From Clostridia bacterium (GTDB lineage: Bacteria; Bacillota; Clostridia; Oscillospirales; CAG-272): a DNA stretch of 64,000 bases. The notes beneath the pieces are model-generated. The model had not been told where the DNA came from. It saw only the letters and a program-made list of their open reading frames with translations, and did no database searches. This document shows, in pieces, positions 55,045 through 64,000 of the stretch. The DNA lies in NCBI GenBank assembly GCA_017416205.1, contig JAFQDC010000072.1, positions 1,874 to 65,873 on the forward strand, written 5' to 3'. Made by a program: the position numbers and the translations under genes. The first letter of the stretch is position 1. Every line of letters begins with the position of its first letter.

Positions 55045-56076
55045 TTATATCAGCTCTGCGATATCGAGAACGAGGCGTTCCGTGCCTGCCCAGCCGATAC
55101 AGGGGTCGGTGATGGATTTGCCGTATACACCCTCGCCGATCTTCTGTGAGCCGTCCTCAATATAGGACTCGATCATAAAGCCCTTTGTCATCTTCTTGAT
55201 TTCCTCAGAGTGACGGCAGGCGTGAAGCACTTCCTTGCAAATGCGGGGCTGCTCCATATACTTCTTTGCAGAGTTTGAGTGGTTCGCATCAACAACGAGG
55301 GCAACGTTCTTAAGGCCCTTCTTTGTGTATGCCTCGTAAAGGTGCTGAAGGTCCTCAAAATGGTAGTTTGGGATAGCCTCACCGTGCTTATTTACATATC
55401 CGCGGAGTATGGCGTGGGCAAGGTCGTTACCCGTTGTGTCTACCTCCCAGCCGCGGTAGATAAAGGTGTGGGGGTGCTGAGCCGCCATAATAGAGTTGAG
55501 CATAACGGAGATATCGCCGCTTGTGGGGTTCTTCATACCTACGGGAATGTCGATTCCGCTGGAGGTAAGGCGGTGCTCCTGATTTTCAACGCTTCTTGCT
55601 CCTATTGCAACGTAGGAGAGAAGGTCGGAGAGATAACGGTAGTTGTCGGGGTAGAGCATTTCGTCAGCAGTTGAAAGTCCTGTTTCGGAAAGTACCGCGG
55701 TGTGCAGTCTTCTGATTGCAATAATGCCGCCGATCATATCGGATTCCTTTTCGGGATCGGGCTGATGAACGAGGCCCTTATATCCGTCGCCTGTGGTACG
55801 GGGCTTGTTAGTATATACACGGGGAATAAGGATAAGCTTGTCTGCAACCTTTTCCTGAAGGCGGGCAAGGCGCGCGCAGTAATCAAGAACTGCGTCCTCG
55901 CGGTCTGCAGAGCAGGGGCCGATAACGAGAACCAGCTTATCGCTTTTTCCGGTGAAAACGTCTGCAATTTCAGCGTCACGTGCTTCTTTGATCTTTGCAA
56001 GTGAGTCTGTCAGGGGGTACTGCTCCTTGATCTCCATAGGAACAGGGAGCTTTCTTTTGAAGTTCATATTTTTCAA
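55045..56076 (-). CDS. aroG: 3-deoxy-7-phosphoheptulonate (DAHP) synthase, type I-alpha
   Basis: LVIGPCS, RVYTNKPRTT, KGL..P, IGARSVENQEHR, GMKNPTSG: collinear with the E. coli AroG pattern. Confidence 0.9.
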   Translation of the reverse strand: MKNMNFKRKLPVPMEIKEQYPLTDSLAKIKEARDAEIADVFTGKSDKLVLVIGPCSADREDAVLDYCARLARLQEKVADKLILIPRVYTNKPRTTGDGYKGLVHQPDPEKESDMIGGIIAIRRLHTAVLSETGLSTADEMLYPDNYRYLSDLLSYVAIGARSVENQEHRLTSSGIDIPVGMKNPTSGDISVMLNSIMAAQHPHTFIYRGWEVDTTGNDLAHAILRGYVNKHGEAIPNYHFEDLQHLYEAYTKKGLKNVALVVDANHSNSAKKYMEQPRICKEVLHACRHSEEIKKMTKGFMIESYIEDGSQKIGEGVYGKSITDPCIGWAGTERLVLDIAELI

Positions 56077-56171
56077 AAAGGGTCATCTTCTTTCTTTTTA
56101 GGGATTATGCGTTGTATATTTTATCACTGTTTTGCCGCTAATTCAACACTTTTTTAAATAAAAATTCATTT

Positions 56172-56237
56172 TTGCAAGGCAAAAATTCACCTTTTCTCTT
56201 CTCTTTTCTCTCTTATCTCTTCACTCTCTGACCTGTC
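56172..56237 (-). repeat. Purine-rich 3'UTR module, copy 4 (begins at the proA stop codon)
   Basis: Minus strand reads gagagtgaagagataagagagaaaagagaagagaaaagg, then the hairpin gaatttttgcc-ttg-caaaaatg. Confidence 0.75.
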
Positions 56238-57471
56238 CGTTGCCGCTGATAATATACTTATCGGTGGTAAGAGCGAAAAGTCCCATAGGGCCTCTTGCGT
56301 GAAGCTTCTGAGTGGATATGCCCACCTCAGCGCCGAAGCCGAACTGTCCGCCGTCGGTAAAGCGGGTGGATGCATTTACGTAAACGCAGGCAGAGTCAAC
56401 TGCGGCGCAGAAATATTCGCTTGCCCTCCTGCTCTCAGTAATGATAGCCTCACTGTGTCCCGTAGAATAACAGTTGATATGAGAAACGGCGCTGGTTTCG
56501 TCGTCTACCACCTTTACAGCGCAGATAAGATCGTTGTATTCCGTTTCAAAGTCTTCCTCTGTTGCCGCCGTGCAGTCAATAACCTTGCGAGTCCTTTCGC
56601 ATCCGCGGATCTCAACGCCGCAGTTATCAAACACCTCTTTCAGACGGGGAAGGAAGGCGTTGGCGATGCTTTCGTTTATTAGAACGGTCTCGATAGCGTT
56701 GCAAACGGAGGGGCGGGATACCTTTGCGTTTTCGATAACGCTGAGAGCGATGTCGAAGTCTGCATCAGAGTGAACGTAGATATGGCAGTTTCCCGCGCCC
56801 GTTTCAATAACGGGGACCTTTGAGTTTTCGGTAACGCTCCTGATAAGTCCCTTGCCGCCGCGAGGAATGAGTACGTCAACGATGCCTCTCATCTGCATAA
56901 GAGCGTTGGCACCCTCTCGTTCTGTGAAGGGAATGAGGCATACTGCGTCCTCGGGAAGGCCTGCAAGGCTGAGAGCCTTCTTTGCTAGGGACTCAATAGC
57001 AAGGTTTGTGTTTATACATTCCTTGCCGCCGCGAAGGACTGCCGCGTTACCGCTCTTTATGCAAAGTGCCGCAATGTCTGCCGCCACGTTTGGGCGAGCC
57101 TCAAAGATAACGCCGCAAACGCCGAGAGGTACCTTTATTTTTTTGATCTCAATACCGTTTGGACGTGTGAACACCTCGCCGCCTCCAAGAGGGTCGGAAA
57201 GGCCGATAAGGGCAAGAACGCCCTCGGCAACAGCGTCTATCCTTTTTTCGGTAAGGGTAAGTCTGTCAAGCATTGCATCGGAAATACCGATGCTTTTTGC
57301 AAAATCAGTATCCTTTTTGTTGGCTTCGATCAGCAGATCTGCGTTCTTTCTGAGAAGGTCGGCAAAATTATTAAGAAAGCTGTTTCTAATGTCTCCCTTT
57401 GCCGTTGCAACGGCGGGGGCTGCCGCCTTTGCCTTTTCGCATATAGCCTTTACGTTTTCAAAAATAGTCAT
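56221..57471 (-). CDS. proA: Glutamate-5-semialdehyde dehydrogenase
   Basis: Aldehyde dehydrogenase fold with VCNAIETVLI (catalytic Cys) and NASTRFTDG. Confidence 0.96.
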   Translation of the reverse strand: MTIFENVKAICEKAKAAAPAVATAKGDIRNSFLNNFADLLRKNADLLIEANKKDTDFAKSIGISDAMLDRLTLTEKRIDAVAEGVLALIGLSDPLGGGEVFTRPNGIEIKKIKVPLGVCGVIFEARPNVAADIAALCIKSGNAAVLRGGKECINTNLAIESLAKKALSLAGLPEDAVCLIPFTEREGANALMQMRGIVDVLIPRGGKGLIRSVTENSKVPVIETGAGNCHIYVHSDADFDIALSVIENAKVSRPSVCNAIETVLINESIANAFLPRLKEVFDNCGVEIRGCERTRKVIDCTAATEEDFETEYNDLICAVKVVDDETSAVSHINCYSTGHSEAIITESRRASEYFCAAVDSACVYVNASTRFTDGGQFGFGAEVGISTQKLHARGPMGLFALTTDKYIISGNGQVRE

Positions 57472-57473
57472 TT

Positions 57474-58268
57474 TTAAAGCTCCTTTTTAGGAACAAAATA
57501 TGTGCCTACTGCCTTTCCGTCACATATTTCATAAAGATCAAAGGGTCTTTTTCCGTTCGTGATTATCATTGGGATACCTGCGTCGCCTGCAATTGTTGCG
57601 GCTCTCAGCTTTGTGACCATGCCGCCCGTACCAACGGCACTTCCCGCGTCTCCCGCAAAGGAGCTGACGTCGTCAAGACTTTCAACTCTTCCAATAAGAC
57701 GTGCATTGGGATTTTTGTGAGGGTCTGAATCGTAAAGACCGTCAATATCGGAAAGATTGACGAGAAGATCTGCCCTTGCCACCGCAGCAACGTATGCAGA
57801 AAGAGTGTCGTTGTCACCGAACTGCATCTCCTCGTTTGAAACGGAGTCGTTTTCGTTAACGATGGGAATACAGGAAAGCTCAAAGAGCTTAGTGAAGGTG
57901 TTTTTGGCAAGCACGAGCCTGTGGGGATCGTCAACAACGTCACGGGTCATAAGTATCTGTCCCACATTGTGACCGTAATCGGAGAAAAGGCGCTCGTATA
58001 TCTGCATAAGCTCAGGCTGACCCACAGCCGCCAGTGCCTGCTTTTCCTCAAGGGTTCGGTCGCGGTGAGATATGGAGAGCTTTGCCGCTCCTGCCGCAAC
58101 GGCACCTGAGGAGATGAGAACCACCTCGCATCCTGAGTTTTTTATGTCGGAAAGTGCCCGTACCAGCATCTCGATACGGCGAAGGTTAAGTCTTCCCGTC
58201 GTTTCGTGGGTAAGGGTGGAGGAGCCAACCTTTACCGCTATTCTTTTATAGTTAAAAGTTTTTTCCAT
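57474..58268 (-). CDS. proB: Glutamate 5-kinase (no PUA domain)
   Basis: IAVKVGSSTLT, NENDSV, FGDNDTLSA, GTGGMVTKL. Confidence 0.96.
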   Translation of the reverse strand: MEKTFNYKRIAVKVGSSTLTHETTGRLNLRRIEMLVRALSDIKNSGCEVVLISSGAVAAGAAKLSISHRDRTLEEKQALAAVGQPELMQIYERLFSDYGHNVGQILMTRDVVDDPHRLVLAKNTFTKLFELSCIPIVNENDSVSNEEMQFGDNDTLSAYVAAVARADLLVNLSDIDGLYDSDPHKNPNARLIGRVESLDDVSSFAGDAGSAVGTGGMVTKLRAATIAGDAGIPMIITNGKRPFDLYEICDGKAVGTYFVPKKEL

Positions 58269-58433
58269 GGGTGCCTCAAAATCTATGTTTTTTTCAAAAA
58301 AATTAGCAATTTGTCTTTAAATTTCTGCCCGAATATATTATAATAGTATGAATAGTTATATAATTGGGATAATTATACCCATTATACCACTGTTTGACCG
58401 ATTTTCAATACTAATTTTTACGGGAGATAAAAA

Positions 58434-58958
58434 ATGGATAAGAAAAAGTATGAAGTTAAGATCGCGGACATCGATATGAAGATCATTTCCGATGAGAAGG
58501 AGGATATAGTTCTTCGCCTTGTAAGCCAGCTTGACAGCCAGATCACAGAGATCACAAAGCAGTCCAGAAACTGCTCAAAGATCGACGCGGCGATCCTCGT
58601 TGCCCTTGATCACGCAAGCAACAGAGCAAAGGCAGAGAAGAGAGTGCGCAATCTTGAGGCGCAGATCGCTCTTTATGATGCAAATCTTCGCCGTATGAGA
58701 GAAGAGAATATCAAGATGAAGAATGCAATGCTTGGCAATGCTCCTGTTTCCGAGAGCGTTGTGGAGGAGCAGCTCACGATAGAGGAGGCCGCAGCCCCTG
58801 AGGAGGCTCCCGCAGAGGAAGAAAAGGCTCATGATATCGCAGAGCTTTTTGAAAAAGCAGCACCTGCGCCCGAAGTACCTGCGGAAAAGGCTGAGGAAAA
58901 GCCTGTTGATCGCGCAGACAAGCTTCGTATGATCGAAAACCTGTTGAGAAGAAACTGA
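58434..58958 (+). CDS. zapA: ZapA-like cell division protein with a Pro/Ala/Glu-rich tail
   Basis: Short N-terminal beta region (YEVKIADIDMKIISDE) followed by a long coiled coil, typical of ZapA. Confidence 0.65.
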   Translation: MDKKKYEVKIADIDMKIISDEKEDIVLRLVSQLDSQITEITKQSRNCSKIDAAILVALDHASNRAKAEKRVRNLEAQIALYDANLRRMREENIKMKNAMLGNAPVSESVVEEQLTIEEAAAPEEAPAEEEKAHDIAELFEKAAPAPEVPAEKAEEKPVDRADKLRMIENLLRRN

Positions 58959-58966
58959 TTTCTTCT

Positions 58967-59064
58967 CAGATAAAAGAGAAGAGAGAATAGATAAAAGAAA
59001 ATGAAGATTTCCGCCCGAGCGGAAATCAACAAAAACTTTTCACTTTTCACTCTTCACTATTATC
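58967..59064. repeat. Purine-rich module, copy 5: GA-rich arm, hairpin, CT-rich arm
   Basis: ataaaagagaagagagaatagataaaagaaaatgaa, then gatttccgc-ccga-gcggaaatc, then aacaaaaacttttcacttttcactcttcactattatc. Confidence 0.7.
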
Positions 59065-59090
59065 TATTACTTTATGAAAGGGGGTTACGT

Positions 59091-61088
59091 ATGATGAAAA
59101 AGCCTGAGCTTCTGGCTCCCGCAGGATCAAGAGCGGCACTGGAAGCGGCAATAGAGGGCGGAGCAGATGCCGTGTATCTCGGCGCTTCTCAGTTCAATGC
59201 CAGAATGAGAGCTGAAAATTTTGACTCTCAGAGTATGAGAGATGCCATATCTCTCTGCGCAGCTTACGGCGTTAAAACCTACGTTACCCTCAATACCCGT
59301 CTTTTCGATTCCGAGCTTTCCGAGGCGCTCTCTCTTTGCGCATCCCTTTACAATGACGGCGTCAGCGCCCTTATCGTTGCGGATATGGGAATCGCATCTC
59401 TCATAAAAAAGCATATTCCCGACCTTGAGATACACGCAAGCACTCAGCTTACGGGGCATAATCTCGGAGACTGCATAGCTCTTCGGGATGCGGGGTTTTC
59501 AAGAATGGTGTGCCACCGTGAGATCACGAGGGAAGGGCTCTTTGATCTTTGCAAGAGCTCGCCAATTGAGATAGAAATGTTTATTCACGGAGCTTACTGC
59601 GTGTCTGTGTCGGGGCAGTGCCTTATGAGTGCCGTAATGGGCGGCAGAAGCGGAAACCGCGGAGAGTGCGCTCAGCCCTGCCGTCAGCCCTATACCAAGG
59701 GCGGCTGCAAGGGATACCCCATAAGCCTTAAGGATATGTGCCTTGCCTCGAGCATTACGGATATCATTGCGTCCGGCGTTGCTTCCTTGAAGATCGAAGG
59801 ACGGCAGAAGCCCCCCGAATACGTATACGGAGTTACGAGGATATACCGTCGCCTTCTTGACGAAGAAAGAAACGCAACAGCAGAGGAGCTTGACGCTTTA
59901 AAGCGTATATTCAGCCGCGACGGCTTTTCCGACGGATATTTCAGGGGCGACCACAGAAATATGAGAGGCGTGCGCACCTACGACGATTATCTGGAAATGG
60001 ATAAATCAAAGTTCCCAGGCATCAAGAGAAAAGCCCCCCTTGACGTGACCCTTACCGCCGTTGCAGGAAAGCCTGCCTCCTTTGAGGCAAGAACTGCCCA
60101 AAAGAGCTTTACCGCAGTCGGCGATACGGTCAATGCGGCAGAAAACGTTGCTCCCCTTACAGAAGCGGGAGCTGCAAAGAATTCTTCCCGTCTCGGAAGC
60201 ACCCCTTTTGAGCTGAGAAGCTTTGAGTTTATTACCGATAATAACGCGGCCCTCACTCTTTCTCAGGTAAACGCTTTGAGAAGAGAGGCGGTTGAGGGAT
60301 TGCTTTCCATTGAAAGAGAAGCAGTGGCTGTTCCTGCAATTGAAGCAAACAAGGGAAAAAAGCCAAGGGAGGAAATCATATATACGGCAGAGTTTATTTC
60401 AAAGGATCAGATAACGCCCCTGTCAAGAGAGTTTTTCTCCCGTATCTATCTGCCCTACGGCGCCCATACGGATGAGCTTGATATATCTCTCCCCCCTTAT
60501 ACGCCCGACGGCAAGGAGGAGGACATGTGGAAAGAAGTCGGTGGCAGGAGAGTCCTTGCACATACAACGGGACAGCTCCGTCGCGCAAAAGAGGAATGCT
60601 CAGAGGTTGGCGCTTCTCTCAGAATGAACGTGTTTAATTCTATGGCGGCAGAGTATTATGCCTCTCTCGGGGCTGACTTTCTGACCCTTGCACCGGAGCT
60701 CAGACGGGCGCAGATGAGGGATATATCTTCTCCCGTGCCCTGCGGTTCTGTAGTATACGGAAGACTGCCTCTTATGCTCACTGTCAGATGCGCTATCTCC
60801 GATGGAAATTGCAAAAAGTGCAATAAACGGGAGATATGTACTTCCACTCTTACGGACAGACACGGTACTGACTTTCCGATGTATGGTATGCCCGACTGCA
60901 CGAACGTGATCTATAACAGCTTCCCCATTTATATGGCGGATAAAAAGGCAGACCTTAAGGCTACAGGGATAACGGTGTATCACTTCATCTTCACTGATGA
61001 AACACCTGAGGAGTGCGACCGCATCATAGGAGCATATATGAACGGCATGTCTCCCAAGGACCCCGAGAGGATAAGAAGAATAAAGTAA
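59091..61088 (+). CDS. Peptidase U32 family protein
   Basis: PELLAPAG N-terminus and the U32 signature EMFIHGAYCVSVSGQCLMS. SD aaggggg lies 7 nt upstream. Confidence 0.9.
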   Translation: MMKKPELLAPAGSRAALEAAIEGGADAVYLGASQFNARMRAENFDSQSMRDAISLCAAYGVKTYVTLNTRLFDSELSEALSLCASLYNDGVSALIVADMGIASLIKKHIPDLEIHASTQLTGHNLGDCIALRDAGFSRMVCHREITREGLFDLCKSSPIEIEMFIHGAYCVSVSGQCLMSAVMGGRSGNRGECAQPCRQPYTKGGCKGYPISLKDMCLASSITDIIASGVASLKIEGRQKPPEYVYGVTRIYRRLLDEERNATAEELDALKRIFSRDGFSDGYFRGDHRNMRGVRTYDDYLEMDKSKFPGIKRKAPLDVTLTAVAGKPASFEARTAQKSFTAVGDTVNAAENVAPLTEAGAAKNSSRLGSTPFELRSFEFITDNNAALTLSQVNALRREAVEGLLSIEREAVAVPAIEANKGKKPREEIIYTAEFISKDQITPLSREFFSRIYLPYGAHTDELDISLPPYTPDGKEEDMWKEVGGRRVLAHTTGQLRRAKEECSEVGASLRMNVFNSMAAEYYASLGADFLTLAPELRRAQMRDISSPVPCGSVVYGRLPLMLTVRCAISDGNCKKCNKREICTSTLTDRHGTDFPMYGMPDCTNVIYNSFPIYMADKKADLKATGITVYHFIFTDETPEECDRIIGAYMNGMSPKDPERIRRIK

Positions 61089-61176
61089 TACGAACGCTTT
61101 GATATAATATATAGGACCCAATGGGTAAAGTTTCTTTGCTTCTTTCTTTTCAAAGAAAGAAGAGAAAGGATCATAA

Positions 61177-61617
61177 ATGGAAAAAGTCACTCTTAAGATA
61201 AAGTATCTCTGTGAGGGTATGGAGCCCCTTCGATATATTGACGGCAAGTCCGACTGGATAGACTTGAGATGCGCTGAGACCGTTGAACTGAAAAAAGATG
61301 AATTCAAGCTTCTTCCTTTGGGAATTGCGGTAAAGCTCCCCGAGGGGTATGAGGCTCATATCGTTCCCCGTTCATCCACCTATAAGAATTTCGGTATCAT
61401 TCAGACCAACCATATGGGTGTAGTCGACGAGAGCTACTGCGGCGACGGCGACCAGTGGTATATGCCTGCCTATGCTATGAGAGATACGAGGATCGAAAAG
61501 GGAGACCGCATCTGCCAGTTCAGAATAATGCGTCATCAGCCCGCCATTGACTTTGAAGAGTGCGAAACTCTCGGTTCTCCCGACCGAGGCGGAATCGGCT
61601 CTACAGGTACGAAATAA
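61177..61617 (+). CDS. dut: dUTP diphosphatase
   Basis: [14 protein letters not shown] and RGGIGSTG dUTPase motifs. Confidence 0.93.
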   Translation: MEKVTLKIKYLCEGMEPLRYIDGKSDWIDLRCAETVELKKDEFKLLPLGIAVKLPEGYEAHIVPRSSTYKNFGIIQTNHMGVVDESYCGDGDQWYMPAYAMRDTRIEKGDRICQFRIMRHQPAIDFEECETLGSPDRGGIGSTGTK

Positions 61618-62195
61618 TGAATGAAAAAAAGCTCATACTTGCGTCTGCTTCTCCCAGAAGGCGCGAGATACTTGAAAGCGCGGATTTTGTGTTTTCTGTC
61701 ATATCTCCCGAGTGTGATGAGGTAAAGGAGGGGCTTTCTCCCGAAGAGCTGACGGTGGAAAACTCCAAAAGAAAGGCCGATGCGGCCCTTAAAATGGCAG
61801 AGGGAGTAATTATCTGCGCGGATACAGTGGTAAGCCTTGAGGGGAAGATCCTGGGCAAGCCGCGGGATATTGAGGATGCGAAGGAGATGATCCGCTCTCT
61901 TTCGGGAAAGACTCACAGTGTTATAACGGGCTATACCGTCACAGACGGAGAGCGCACAGTCAGCGGATACGTGGAAACAAAGGTGGTAATGCGCCCACTC
62001 TTTGATGATGAGATAGAGGCGTACGTAGAAAAGAAGCGCCCTCTTGATAAGGCGGGAGCTTACGGAATACAGGAGGCGGCGGGAATGTTCGTTTCCGAAA
62101 TAGTCGGAGACTACTATAACGTGGTAGGACTTCCGCTTTGTGAAATTGTGAAAATACTGCGCGAGAGCTTCGGCATCTCGGCATTTATGAAATAA
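61617..62195 (+). CDS. maf: Maf-family nucleoside triphosphate pyrophosphatase
   Basis: LILASASPRRREIL, ADTVV, KAGAYGIQ. Start overlaps the dut stop (TAATG). Confidence 0.93.
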   Translation: MNEKKLILASASPRRREILESADFVFSVISPECDEVKEGLSPEELTVENSKRKADAALKMAEGVIICADTVVSLEGKILGKPRDIEDAKEMIRSLSGKTHSVITGYTVTDGERTVSGYVETKVVMRPLFDDEIEAYVEKKRPLDKAGAYGIQEAAGMFVSEIVGDYYNVVGLPLCEIVKILRESFGISAFMK

Positions 62196-62244
62196 ATAGC
62201 AATGTATTGATATTGAGTGTATGTGAGAGACTCTACTCCTTTGT

Positions 62245-62448
62245 GTCATCCTGAGCGGAGTAAACATCATAGTATGATGTTTACGTAGTCGAACCATCCC
62301 ATTGGATGGTGCCCCGAAGGGGCAGGATCCGGCGGTAGTAATATTTAGGATTTGAGTTATCCTGTCGCAAGATCCAAACGCTTCGCATTTGCCCTACGGG
62401 TTTCGACTCCGGTATCTCGCAAGGCGAGCCACCTCCGCTCAAGATGAC
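62245..62448. mobile_element. Gene-less miniature copy of the gtcatcctgagcggag inverted-repeat element
   Basis: Left end gtcatcctgagcggag-[taaacatcat agt atgatgttta]-cgtagtcgaacc. Right end gggtttcgactccgg...ctccgctcaagatgac. Roughly 100-nt hairpin-rich core. Confidence 0.6.
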
Positions 62449-62539
62449 GCGAGGTGGAGTGAGCAATAAGGCAAAATATAATTAAAAATAGCTTATAATA
62501 CTATCTGTCTGCCATTGTGGTAGAGAAATGGAGAAAATT

Positions 62540-63553
62540 ATGGGAAAATATATAGGTATTGACCTTGGAACTGCAAATACTATAGTATACGTCCGCGGCA
62601 AGGGCATCGTTCTTCGTGAGCCCTCAGTTGTAGCTGTAGAGCAGAGATCCAAGAAGGTAGTGGCTGTGGGTAACGATGCAAAGCTTATGCTGGGCAAGAC
62701 CCCCGGCTCCATTACGGCTATGCGCCCCTTGAAGGACGGCGTTATTGCGGAATTTGATTTTACCACGGATATGCTCCGTGATTTCTTCAAGAAGGCTTCG
62801 GGTACTACTGTTTTCAGCAGACCCAAGGTCCTTGTTTGCGTTCCCTACGGCGTTACTGAGGTTGAGAAGAGAGCCGTTGAGGACGTGGCTCTTGAGGCAG
62901 GCGCACAGTCCGTTGCTCTTATCGAGGAGCCTATAGCGGCGGCTATCGGCAGCGGACTTCGGGTTGAGGATGCGAGAGGAAGCATGATCGTTGATATAGG
63001 CGGCGGTACCACTGAGGTTGCAGTTCTTTCTCTTGGCGGCATCGTTCTTTCAACCTCTCTCAGAACAGCGGGAGATGAGATCGACGACGCGATCGTTCAG
63101 TATATCAAGAAGAAATATAATATACTTATCGGTGAGATCACAGCCGAAATGCTGAAAAAGAAGATCGGCAGCGTTCATCCCGCAGTTGACCGCGGCGTAA
63201 TGGAGATACGGGGCCGTAACCTTCTTAACGGACTTCCCGCCATCATCAACGTAAGCTCTGCCGAGATAAGAGAGGCTATGCACGAGCAGGTGGTTCATAT
63301 TATCGAGGCTATCAGAAATACTCTTGAAAATACACCTCCCGAGCTTTCCAGTGATATCTATGACTCAGGAATCATGCTTGCAGGCGGCGGTGCAATGCTT
63401 GGCGGTCTTGACGCTCTCGTGACCCACGTTACGGGTATCCGCGCAACGATTGCAAAATCCCCTCTTGACTGCGTTGCTATCGGTATCGGTCACGTTATCG
63501 AGAATGCCGCCGAGGGAGACGGAGTTCAGTACAGAAACAGAAGCTCAAGATAA
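62540..63553 (+). CDS. mreB: Rod shape-determining protein MreB
   Basis: IGIDLGTANT, DIGGGTTE and GGGA actin-fold motifs. ATG 62528 is an alternative start. Confidence 0.97.
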   Translation: MGKYIGIDLGTANTIVYVRGKGIVLREPSVVAVEQRSKKVVAVGNDAKLMLGKTPGSITAMRPLKDGVIAEFDFTTDMLRDFFKKASGTTVFSRPKVLVCVPYGVTEVEKRAVEDVALEAGAQSVALIEEPIAAAIGSGLRVEDARGSMIVDIGGGTTEVAVLSLGGIVLSTSLRTAGDEIDDAIVQYIKKKYNILIGEITAEMLKKKIGSVHPAVDRGVMEIRGRNLLNGLPAIINVSSAEIREAMHEQVVHIIEAIRNTLENTPPELSSDIYDSGIMLAGGGAMLGGLDALVTHVTGIRATIAKSPLDCVAIGIGHVIENAAEGDGVQYRNRSSR

Positions 63554-63578
63554 GAAAAAATCGTAAAGGAGGCGCACG

Positions 63579-64000
63579 ATGAAAAGCTTTTTCAGGTCAA
63601 AATTTTTTACCGTAACGGTTATCGTTGCGCTGTGTCTGGTCATAGTCCCTTCCGTGTTTTATTCAATGGGTATCGGCGGAGTTCTCAAGGATGCGGTGAA
63701 CGTAGTCTTTTCACCTGTGCAGAAGGCGTTTAATTATTGCACCGATGCGATTGACGGCTTTGTTTCTTTTTTCACGGAGTTTGACCGTATATCAGAGGAA
63801 AACCGCGCTCTTCGGGAAGAGATCGCCTCTCTTAAGGACAGAATAAGCCGTGCTGAGGAAACGGAAGAGATGAACGAGTGGCTTTATGATTATCTGGAGC
63901 TTAAGCGTGAGCATACGGATTATAAATTCGTTCCCGCCACGGTAACAGGCGGCGAGGGCGGCAATTATATGACGGTGTTCCTTCTTGATAAGGGATATGC
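63579..64000 (+). CDS. mreC: Rod shape-determining protein MreC (3' partial, runs off the window)
   Basis: ATG at 63579 with SD aaaggagg. N-terminal TM helix, coiled coil ENRALREEIASLKDRI. Located downstream of mreB. Confidence 0.8.
   Translation, partial: MKSFFRSKFFTVTVIVALCLVIVPSVFYSMGIGGVLKDAVNVVFSPVQKAFNYCTDAIDGFVSFFTEFDRISEENRALREEIASLKDRISRAEETEEMNEWLYDYLELKREHTDYKFVPATVTGGEGGNYMTVFLLDKGY

Noticed and set aside
58269-58433. Looked for a T-box, riboswitch or attenuator upstream of proBA, the AGCS symporter (24126-24246), the DAHP synthase gene (56077-56171) and the GH1 gene (40614-40776)
   Set aside because: The spacers are short and AT-rich with only promoter-like or terminator-like features. 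I could see no conserved T-box, glycine-riboswitch or RAT motifs. An Infernal scan would be needed to be sure.

Overview
64-kb chromosomal segment of a Gram-positive anaerobe. The cohesin/dockerin protein at the left edge, the CIRCE-controlled groESL and the Bacillus-like distal dcw gene order suggest a Ruminococcus/Oscillospiraceae-like Clostridia genome; this is inference only. I support about 61 protein genes and found no rRNA, tRNA or CRISPR array by eye. Core blocks: a PhoPR-like two-component system with two tandem Na/Pi-cotransporter paralogs; a COG0523 GTPase pair, one member carrying an extreme His/Cys tandem repeat; an S11 D-Ala-D-Ala carboxypeptidase; groES-groEL; lepA-dus; DUF2079-radC-rimM-trmD; two tandem esterase paralogs and a GH1 glycosidase; an sbcD/sbcC-like pair; yggS-sepF-ylmH-divIVA-lspA-rluD; DAHP synthase and proBA; zapA-U32 peptidase-dut-maf-mreB-mreC. 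Between these lie visibly AT-richer accessory islets: an ECF sigma fusion, a MerR operon, an HExxH protease-LytTR-DUF3021 operon, PadR/DUF2812, XRE regulators, a PD-(D/E)xK-like gene with membrane genes, a GIY-YIG-HAD fusion and a Mor/CD3324-IreB fusion. The most unusual content is non-coding. There are at least four families of structured interspersed repeats: GTAG-capped nested hairpins; a multi-hairpin ccttcccccg/gatgagggttgc element; a gtcatcctgagcggag inverted-repeat element; and a purine-rich 3'UTR module. Several bracket accessory genes as inverted or direct repeats, and gene-less miniature copies occur elsewhere in the window. No recognisable transposase, integrase or recombinase gene is present. 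All calls come from reading the sequence and the ORF translations; no database search was run.
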